Of a DNA stretch of 20,000 nt, positions 11,443-20,000 are shown piece after piece. This stretch comes from Seison nebaliae. Lineage: Eukaryota. Under the pieces are notes generated by a model that did no database searches, had not been told where the DNA came from, and saw only the letters and a list, made by a program, of their open reading frames with translations. Positions within the stretch are counted from its first letter, which is position 1; every line of letters starts with the position of its first letter. The stretch lies in the NCBI GenBank assembly GCA_023231475.1, contig JALJEE010001605.1, positions 109,841 through 129,840 of the forward strand, written 5' to 3'. Both the position numbers and the translations under genes were made by a program.

Positions 11443-12774
11443 TTAATCTTCTTTCAGCCATGAATGTCTTCTCAACTCGGATACTGACCACCGTTTTTCT
11501 GCTTCCTTAATTAAACAACATCGAACGAAATCCTCACAATTCGACAATTCTTTTTCTATTTTTTCGTTCGGTGATTTTCTAAAAAATGAATTTAACTTCC
11601 TTCGATAAATATTTCGTTCAACTGTATTCGATCTAATAAGAGAAGTATTTTGGAATAATTCGTATTCAGGATTTGTCGTTAGAATTTGTTGGTATAATCG
11701 ATCTTTCCAATTCCTCTCATACGTACCGATCGTGTACGGCAGTCGATCAGTTAACATCAAGTAAGTCATGATACCGACACACCAAACATCAGTAGCCGGT
11801 GTCATCATTTGTTCATTGATCACTTCCGGTGAACAATAAGCAGGCGTGCATAAACGTGAATATTGGCGATTGACTTTATAGGCAGGTCCAGCAAATCCGA
11901 AATCTATTAATTTCACTTCTATTTCATTATCGGGAGATAATGGCGATTTTACAAATAACAAATTTTCTAATTTAATATCCAAATGAACTAGACGTTTCTT
12001 ATGTAGATAATCCAAAGCGTCCAACGTCTACCAGAAGAACACGTGGAACTTTAAAATAAGAAATTATTATAAACTTGTCGTAACACTTTCTTAATATTCT
12101 CTATACCTAACAAATAATCTCCAACGGTGCCTCCATTCAAATATTCCATAATCATCATGGCACCATAAGTTGGAGAATAAAGAGATTCGACTATTTGAAT
12201 GATATTTGGATGACGAAGATGTTTAGTTATCTTTTCTTCTTGTCGTGCATCTTGATGAAATCGTTTCCCAAGAACTTTTGCTGCAAATAATTTATTTGTT
12301 CGTTTATTACTCACCTATTAATTTACCAAATTTAAATTAAATTTTTTATCTTTAATATTTAAGTTTCTCTCAAAATGTTAAATAAATTTTCTTAAAACTT
12401 TAACATATTAAAAAAGGAAATAGAAAAATTTCTTTTTTTAAATTTAATTAAAAATTTTAGTACTAAACTAAATATACAGTTCCATTGCCCCCTGTAGCGA
12501 TTTCATCCAAAATTTTATATTTGCTTAAAAATTCATCATTATCTCCTTCATTATCACCGAGAGTTGGATAAGATGGTTTCAAATAAATTTCACGTCGATC
12601 TAATTTATTGGACTTTTTTTCAGATAAAAAATTTTTCGTTTCAAATTTCAACTCTTCTGTTAGAGCGTTGTGGAGAGAAGAACGAATTTTATTGAAATTA
12701 GACAAAACATAAAAAGTTTTATTTAAAAAGGTATTATGGAAATTAAAGGGAACTAAATTACTAAATGAGGACAT
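11443..12774 (-). CDS. Ser/Thr protein kinase, CAMK group (MLCK/DAPK-like), ~376 aa, 3 exons
   Basis: Exons 12774-12469, 12314-12075, 12027-11443; introns 154 and 47 nt. Motifs IATGGNGTVY, FAAK, QEEKI..HLRHPNII, MEYLNGG, VHLDIKLENLL, VKLIDFG, TPAYCSPE and TDVWCVG. Confidence 0.9.
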
Positions 12775-12962
12775 GATCAATCATAAATATACAATTAAAA
12801 TTAAAGGAAAAAACAAAAAAAAAAGTCAACAGAAATATGGATCAAGTTAAATTTCAATTCATCTCAATTTTGATCAATGCTTCACATTTGAAGCATAATA
12901 TTTTTAAATTATAATTGATAATAAATTAAAATAAAAATTATTTGAAATCCAATTATAATCTG

Positions 12963-12976
12963 GTCGCCATGTCAAT
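12963..12976. promoter_or_regulatory. Candidate RFX X-box (GTCGCCATGTCAAT) upstream of CFAP45
   Basis: The left half matches the X-box pattern GTNRCC-AT; the right half has 2 mismatches to GGCAAC. It is a GC-rich motif in an AT-rich spacer, 50 nt before a ciliary gene. Confidence 0.4.
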
Positions 12977-13026
12977 AAAAACAATTTGTGATCAAAACAT
13001 TCTGGGTTCTTGTTATCAAACTGGAC

Positions 13027-15031
13027 ATGGAGTTGCAACAACGTAACATCGTCAGATCGACAAGTACGTCAAGTAAACTTAATCCGAAGAGGAATGGCGC
13101 GATGAGTCGATATCGTTGTATTAGTAAAACATCGAATTGTGACGAGTCGTTGTTTGGGAAACCAAAACGATTGATCGATGCTGAGAATATGCGACAGAAA
13201 CAAGCCAGTCAGAAATTGCCTGACATTACAAGAACAATAGAAACGACTCATAGACCAAGACAACAGGTTTCGTCAGCAGCTCCGTTTGCATTACATGAAG
13301 ATGAATTGCAACGATCTCAAACGTTATCACCTGAAAGGAAATATGTGACTCATATTACTAAAAACTTAATCAGAAATATTTTGTTAACAATTTTCTTATT
13401 ATTTGAAGAGTTCTTATTGACTTAATGAATTTTCAGAATACCTGAAGATCCAAGTGAACAGACGGCAGTTATCGATTCACAAGCATTGAATCGTCTAACT
13501 AATCTCTCAAAAATGAACACAGCGGAAATGAATAAAATGAAGTTGCGAGAATCCCAACAATATACTAGTGAATTGCAGGAAGAATTATTAAAGCGACGAC
13601 AACAATTGCAAGAATTAGACATTGAAAGGAATAAACAAATGAAAGAATTTAACTTCGATGATAATGCAGAAATTTTGAAGAAAGCTGATGAATTGAGAGA
13701 GAATGATGATGAAGAAATCAGACAGTTGAACGAAGTTCATCAACATTAATTTTGAAGTAAAGTCATTGAATTTCTTTTAGTTGATTTTGAATGCAAAAAT
13801 TCAGGCAATACGCGACGCTCAAATAGCCGAAAAGCAGGAAATCGAACTGGAATTGAAAAACGAAGGAAGACGAATGGATTCGATTATGGAGAAGAATCGT
13901 CTCCAACAAATTTCGATGCATGAACAATTGGAAGAGTTGAAAAAACGACAAGCTCGAGTTAAAATTTTTTGGTAAGTTCTCAAAGAAAATTAGTTGGAAC
14001 TATTTAGGAAGGAGCTAGTGAAATTATGAAACAAATTGGAATGAATGAACAAGAGAGATTGATTAAAGAAGAAATTAAGGAACAAGAGAATCAATTAATG
14101 AGGAAACATTTGGAGAAATTGCGAGAAGAAGATTTCAAAGATATGGAACAGAAAAAATTGAAGCAAAAAGGAATTGCCGTTAGTTTCGAAATTATGAATT
14201 GTATGAGAATTATCAAATTCAATTTTATCATAGAGTGATTTAAAGAAAGTTAATGCTGAAATTGAGAAAGTGAAAGAGAAGAAGGCTGAATTAGATCGAA
14301 TAGAAGATATGAAAGGTTTATTTCATTTTAGACTTTATAAATTAATTGATATTTTAGTAATGCAATATTTGAATGAAAGAGCTGAAAAGGAAGCAGCTAA
14401 AGAACAAGAAATGTTAGAGAAAAAATTAGAAAAGGAAAAAGAAATAGCGAAACTTCGTGCTCAACAAGAACGTGCTAAAGATGTTCAAGCTGAGCGAGAT
14501 GCATTGCGGGCTAAAAGAGATCAAGAGGAACGTGAACGTGAATGGCGGAGACAAGAGAAGATCGACGCAATTAAACGAAAGGAGAAAAATGAACAATTGA
14601 GATTAACAAGAGAGTGGCAAATAAAGAAGAAGCAAGAAAATGTGGTTGACGAAATTCGAAGAAATGAATTTGAATTTAAGAAAACTCTCGCTAATCAAAT
14701 AGAATCAGAAATCAAATTGAAAAAAGAAGAAGATGAAAATAGGAAGAAAAACTTAAAATATCGAAATGATCTCGCCTCCCAAATACGTCAAAATGAAGAA
14801 GTTTATTAATTGTTTTAAATACAGTTTCTATATTTTCTTTTAAAATCTTTCATATTCTAGTCATTTATCAATTCAAAGAAGTCATATTTTGAAGAAGGTA
14901 GTAAATTGAATGAAGAAACAAGAATGAGGAAGATGAGAATTGAAGCTATTAAAAAGAAGAAATTGGATGAATTGAGAAAAAGTGGAATTCCTGCGAAGTA
15001 CTGCAATGAAATTGAGAGGAAGATTATGTAG
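13027..15031 (+). CDS. CFAP45: Cilia- and flagella-associated protein 45 (CCDC19), ~565 aa, 7 exons
   Basis: Exons 13027-13382, 13437-13734, 13781-13957, 14008-14178, 14234-14315, 14358-14800, 14861-15031 (1698 nt open). Recognisable motifs: RYR...S.CDESLFG, LIPEDPS, ILNAKIQAIRDAQIAEK, EKEKEIAKLRAQQERAKDVQAERDALRAKR and KKKLDELRKSGIPAKYCNEIERK. Confidence 0.93.
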
Positions 15032-15454
15032 AAGTGTTTGGTATCAGAAATTCTATTTCACCAAATTCACCGTCAACTTTAATTAAAAAATACTTTGGAT
15101 AAATTAATATTTATATTTTGTCGATGGAATAAAATTAAGTTAATCGTTACCATAATAAATATTAATAAGTTTATCATCTTACGATTAGATTGCAGGTTAC
15201 CCGTTATGTAGAAGTACGATAATACAAAGTTCCATAAAATGGCCGAACATTTGAAATGAATTGGTCGAGAATTGGACCAGTAAATTAATCATCTATAATA
15301 ATAAATTAAGGTCACGTAGAGGTATCAGATTAACATAAAGTAGTCATGAGAACAAGAGATGGTCGGAAATTTGGAAGAATGTTCTTCTCTTTTCAGGCAT
15401 TCCATTATTTCGACCGACTGAACAATTAATCAGAAAGAAAATCATTTAAATGAC

Positions 15455-16772
15455 ATGAAATTTTTATCATTACTTTTCTTTCTACTTATCGGTGTACAAC
15501 TCGAAACTAATTTTGACCATGAAAAGCTAAAATATACATCTAAGCAGAATTCCAAGAAAACTGTAAGGGAGAAACCTAGATGGATGAAGAAACGTATTTT
15601 GGTTAATATTTAATCGATATACATATTATATGGGATAACTTAATTTTTTTCATCAGATTAGTGGCGGAGCAGGATTTATTGGATCTCATTTAACCGACTA
15701 TTTAATGCTTGCTGGTCATGATGTGATAGTTGTAGATAATCTGTTTACTGGATCATTAGACAATGTTGCACATTGGATATCGCATCCAAATTTCCATTTC
15801 GTTAATCATGATATATCCGAACCATTCTACCGAGAAGTCGATGAAATTTATCATCTAGCATCACCTGCATCTCCTCCTCATTACCAATGGAATCCTATAA
15901 AAACTTTAAAAGCTAATACTTTAGGAACATTTCATCTCTTAGGAGTCGCTAAGAGAAATCGTGCAAGATTTTTATTAGCATCCACCAGTGAAGTGTACGG
16001 AGATCCATTGGAGCATCCGCAAACAGAAGATTATTGGGGGAATGTAAATCCAATTGGGTCACGCTCGTGCTATGATGAAGGGAAAAGGAGTGCCGAAGCA
16101 ATAGCTTATGCATATAACCATCAAGAGAATGTGGATGTTAGAGTTGCCAGAATCTTTAATACATATGGACCACGAATGCATATGAATGATGGACGAGTCG
16201 TATCTAATTTCATAGTTCAATCATTGAAAAATAAAAATATAACGGTTCATTCATCTTCCTACTTCCATTCAAAACGTTTAATTATAATTACCGTTAGATT
16301 TATGGCGATGGAAGTTTTACTAGATCTTTCCAATTCGTAACTGATCTGGTAAAAGGCTTGGTCTTATTAATGGAATCGAATTATACACAACCCGTTAATT
16401 TAGGTAATCCGAACGAACGAACTATATTGGACTTGGCGAAAAGAATCAAAAATTTAATACGTTAGAAAATTTAAGTTCATATTTTTTGTCTTCAACTAAC
16501 TACAATTAACAATAGCTAAATCGAAGAGTAAAATTTCTTTCGAATCTCATATCGCTGATGATCCTCAAAAAAGAAGGCCTGATATTTCGTTAGCAAAAAA
16601 AGTTTTGAACTGGTTCCCAACAATTCATTTGGACCAAGGACTTCAGGAGACCATTAAATATTTCAAAAAACAATTGAAACAACAACAGAAAACATCAACA
16701 ATTACGACGAATATTGGTGATAATTCAGATGATAAGAAACAAAATGTTTTATGGATATCTACTTTATCCTAA
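15455..16772 (+). CDS. UXS1: UDP-glucuronic acid decarboxylase 1 (UDP-xylose synthase), ~384 aa, 4 exons
   Basis: Exons 15455-15601, 15657-16244, 16298-16460, 16516-16772. N-terminal hydrophobic anchor, KRILISGGAGFIGSHL, IYHLASPASP, ASTSEVYGDP, RSCYDEGKR, RIFNTYGPRMHMNDGRVVSNF and DDPQKRRPDI. Confidence 0.97.
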
Positions 16773-17096
16773 GCAGTATAAATATTATTATTTGATCCTC
16801 TTCCATACTATGCATTCCAACTTAGTTTCCAATAATTATTTTAATGTTAAATATAATTCATTACTTCGACTTTTTAAACAGTATTTTCTTTTTTATTGGT
16901 ACTTACGTAGTATTTGAAGTTAAAATATAATACAGTAAATAATGTATTGTTGAAGTATTTTAGCGTTATGTGAGATTTCCCATTAATTATCGCTTTTGAT
17001 ATAGAACCATAATAGATCAGATAAAGTCATCGTATGGCTAAACGAAGCCATGTCGAAGGAGTCAGTTAAAGTAATCCTAGTATATAATACATACTA

Positions 17097-17354
17097 TCAT
17101 TCGTTATAACAAATGAGATCTCTATACCAAACCAATTTGATGATCACTACAGCAATGATCCAGATGATCTTGTTCCAATGAAAAATACGAAATGTAATTG
17201 CAAAAAAATTGGCAATCAGAAGAGAAAGAAAACCTCGTTCGAGAGTTAAATCTACCGACTCTGATAAAGCACTGATTACAAACATTCCTAAGATCCCGAT
17301 GTTTTCTGGAATTGAAATTTGGTCAGGATATTTCAAAAACATTTTAACCATCAT
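17097..17354 (-). CDS. Hypothetical small membrane protein (uncertain)
   Basis: 85-aa ATG-initiated ORF with 2-3 hydrophobic stretches. A 56-nt GTTTGG..TAG intron (17132-17077) is possible and would end the protein KLDYFN*. No family recognised. Confidence 0.25.
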   Translation of the reverse strand: MMVKMFLKYPDQISIPENIGILGMFVISALSESVDLTLERGFLSLLIANFFAITFRIFHWNKIIWIIAVVIIKLVWYRDLICYNE

Positions 17355-17490
17355 TTTATTTTTTATAAAGTATTATATTATAACACCGTTACGGGTTTTG
17401 TTTTTTAAATAATATTATACAAAATTAAGAATCATCTCGTTTTTACCTGATTTAGTTTTGAAACACCAAACTAAAAATTGAATAGTCTTT

Positions 17491-18342
17491 TTATGGGGAA
17501 TTGTCGACAAGTAACTCGAAAGACATATTATTCTTAAGTTCATGTATCATTAATATTGAAAATTGATTGACTTCCCGGTTACGGAATGAAGTCAAAATAG
17601 AAGATGAAAAGTATTTTACATTTATTGCGGAATAAGATCCACAACTAACCCAATCTTTTTGTACAGCTATATTAGGAGTACGGATTGTCCACTTTTCAAT
17701 ATTATTTTCTATAAGTTGTTCGTTATTTTCACCTAATGCTGTTGCTGCTTCGACAAGAAACTGTCCTATAACTTTTGCACTTATATGGTATGTTATAATT
17801 TCTTTCCTAATAGAATCAAATAAAATGATGTAGCCATTCTTCAAATCAACCAAAAAACTAGCATAATGAGGTCTCATCGCCCAATCAATATGAAGTCCGA
17901 AGAAAATTATAAATCTTTTTCTAAAATAAATTCTATAGTGGTTTGGTTTTTGTCGCATTTCTTTTATTAAATCATCTTTAGTTCCCTCATAATCATAAGG
18001 AATATCATTCGGAGTATTACTTGATAAACTAAAATTAATTGAACGGAACATTAGATAATTTAGGTATAACATTTCTGTGATACTCATCGTAAAAGCTTCT
18101 GCGATTTCATACTCAAAAGTAGAAAAAGTGATGTTGGATTTAGTTTCATAGAGTTTTGCAAGGGGATCGAACAATTCTGCCGGTTCCCTCAACCCTTTTT
18201 CCGCAACCAAATTTGAATAATATTCCTTCCAATCCGGTGGTAGAATTGTTGGAAAACATAAATTAAATTCTGGATACTCTTCATCCTCTATATGAATTCG
18301 ATTCGTTAGCTGATCTTTCGATATTCGAATAATAACCTGCAT
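17491..18342 (-). CDS. Ulp1/SENP-like clan CE (C48) cysteine protease, 283 aa
   Basis: Catalytic motifs occur in C48 order: PHYASFLVDLKNGYIILFDSI (His, Asp) and AVQKDWVSCGSY (oxyanion Gln, Cys). The ORF is uninterrupted, although a 45-nt GTTACT..TAG intron (17515-17471) near the end could give an alternative C-terminus. Confidence 0.75.
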   Translation of the reverse strand: MQVIIRISKDQLTNRIHIEDEEYPEFNLCFPTILPPDWKEYYSNLVAEKGLREPAELFDPLAKLYETKSNITFSTFEYEIAEAFTMSITEMLYLNYLMFRSINFSLSSNTPNDIPYDYEGTKDDLIKEMRQKPNHYRIYFRKRFIIFFGLHIDWAMRPHYASFLVDLKNGYIILFDSIRKEIITYHISAKVIGQFLVEAATALGENNEQLIENNIEKWTIRTPNIAVQKDWVSCGSYSAINVKYFSSSILTSFRNREVNQFSILMIHELKNNMSFELLVDNSP

Positions 18343-18666
18343 TCTCCTTATTCTTCCTTATACCTATTATCTTATTGATAATTAATCTGTCATGTACAAG
18401 TTAACCTTTTATTATTAAATTAATCCTGTTTGAAATTGAAAAAAAAATTTTTTGAATAATCACTTTAATGAAATTAATAGTAACTCCACAGGGTCAATTT
18501 GTCTCGAAACTTTCTTGTAACAAACAATTATTCCTAAAATAATTGATATACTAAAAAGTCTTATTATTAGCATAATCAGTACTAAATGAACAAAGGAAAA
18601 CAAAATAAAAACGAACTTTTTTGGAAAACAGTTCACTTCAAGTGGTCTTATAACTTTGATCAAAAA

Positions 18667-20000
18667 TTATTTTATATATTATTATTTATTAGTTAAAACT
18701 CCCGTAGGGATAAACATGACAAAAGAGAAGCTGTCATCCTCTGTGTCAATAAAAATGCGTAATTGATCGACGGAATCGCGGTTGATAGGTAGAGTGGAGG
18801 TGGAATCGTATGTGGAGATGAAATTTTTAAAACCAGTTAGAGAAATGTTTGGAGATAACCCATAGTATCTGACAGTGTATGTAAAAACGGAATGGGTGTG
18901 AAAAAGATGGATAACGGAAGGACGACTAGAGAGTGATTCGGAATTGTTAAATTTATCAGAGTGAAAAAATACGACGACATAGAAGAATTGGAAGTGGTAG
19001 GATATTCACAGTGGCGAAAAGAAGTGAGCGGTTACATCTATGAAAACAGCGGATCATTCTCCTAATGAGCCGATTATAAGCACGGTCCAATGACAGCAAA
19101 GACCTATGAGAGCATAGAAAGATAGTCTCCAAAGAATACAAAGGTAGCACTAGGCTCCTAAAAAGTGAAAGACGGATCTTTAACGGGACGAATTTGGATT
19201 TAGGAGAGAAGGAGAAAAAAGCCCTACAGAATTTGTTTCGGGTAAGATCGAGAGCGGATGAGGAAAAAGACCGCATATCGATCAGTGAGTCAAGGAAGAT
19301 AGTAGAAGTAGCGACAGGAATGTTAGAGAACGAACGGTTACCGGTTGAGAGCAGCCAGCATTTCGATTCGTTTATAGTAATCCCTCTTTCAGCAAGAAGA
19401 CGAGATGTACGTAAATAGGATTTCTTCAAATCACGAAGAGAACGATGTATAATCACGAAATCGTCAGCGTATGCCATAAAATGCGGAAAGAAGAAATCAC
19501 CAATGACGATTCTATTACTTTCGTTGAGTTCGCGGAGGATGCCGTCGATAGCCAAACCAAATAACCATGGACTAAGGATCGTACCTTGACGGACTCCTGA
19601 ATTAATCTGGAAATGAGTACTGGAGCAGTCACGGTGAACAACGCACCCAGTGGAATTACAGGAGAGATGAGCGAGAAATTTGAGGATGGGATATGGAACT
19701 AGTTGACGCACAAGGTAATCAAAAGCATAAGAAACGTTAACGGAATCGAATGCCTTTGTAGCATCAAGGAAGAGAAGATGTAAGGATAGTTTCATTTCCT
19801 TGGCAATAATTATAGCCGAACGGAGAATGAGAAGGAGAGGATAGGTGCCACGACATGACGATCGATAGGCGAATTAGTAGGATGACTAAAAGAGTACATT
19901 CCGATATCGGATCAAAATGAGGTTCTCGAATACTTTCAGTAGGAACGAAGAAATGCAGATCGGTCTGTATGAATTTAACGAGGTTTGATCGATATTCGGT
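18667..20000 (-). mobile_element. Non-LTR retrotransposon (LINE), 3' part, decayed; continues beyond the window
   Basis: RT motifs SYRPI, FLDATKAFDSV, GVRQGTILSPWLF, MAYADD and GITINESKC. GC content is higher than the flanks. The element ends in AATAAA-TAA-TAA-TATATAAAATAAT immediately at the ORF2 stop. Confidence 0.9.
18682..20000 (-). pseudogene. Disrupted ORF2 reverse transcriptase
   Basis: In-frame TAG (19888-19886) and TAA (19876-19874) fall in LF*SSY*FAYR. A probable +1 frameshift in the T6 run at 18969-18964 is followed by a 92-codon open frame to TAA at 18684-18682. Confidence 0.8.

Noticed and set aside
17034..17081. Hairpin ATGGCT-n6-AGCCAT followed by CTAG|T, resembling a Helitron 3' end
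   Set aside because: Short stem, about 25-nt spacing is too long, and the orientation would place the element over UXS1.
18343..18360. AAGGAG before the protease ATG, resembling a Shine-Dalgarno site (bacterial origin)
   Set aside because: Only 1 nt from the ATG, and purine runs are common in this window.
18460..18663. 67-aa hydrophobic ORF next to the LINE tail
   Set aside because: TTG start and no recognisable family. Mentioned only as context for the protease.
19194..19641. ORFs 19194-19418 (+) and 19453-19641 (-)
   Set aside because: Antisense and alternative-frame shadows within the RT.
19874..19888. TAA/TAG = Gln genetic code reassignment as an explanation for the RT stops
   Set aside because: Host genes terminate at TAA/TAG at the expected positions (RPL35A, NACA, CFAP45, DNLZ), so the standard code applies.

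Overview
AT-rich, gene-dense eukaryotic DNA, most likely from a compact animal genome: it encodes insulin-like peptides and the motile-cilium protein CFAP45, and uses the standard genetic code. Manual splicing reconstructs eleven genes in this order: divergent NAC-alpha (-), DNLZ/Zim17 (+), TMEM87 (-, 13 exons), RPL35A (-), acetyl-CoA acetyltransferase (+), two tail-to-tail insulin-like peptide paralogs, a CAMK-group kinase (-), CFAP45 (+), UXS1 (+) and a Ulp1/C48-type cysteine protease (-). A decayed non-LTR retrotransposon runs off the right edge. Two observations stand out. (1) All 29 introns I could reconstruct begin GTT (+3 = T), with little +5G or -1G support, and a textbook GTAAGT inside one intron cannot be the donor; this suggests a rewired 5' splice-site code. 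(2) The two insulin-like peptides share an 8-Cys framework that lacks the normally essential B19-A20 cysteine pair and carries four extra cysteines. The first ~2.4 kb has no confidently identifiable gene. All family assignments come from motif recognition, not database searches.
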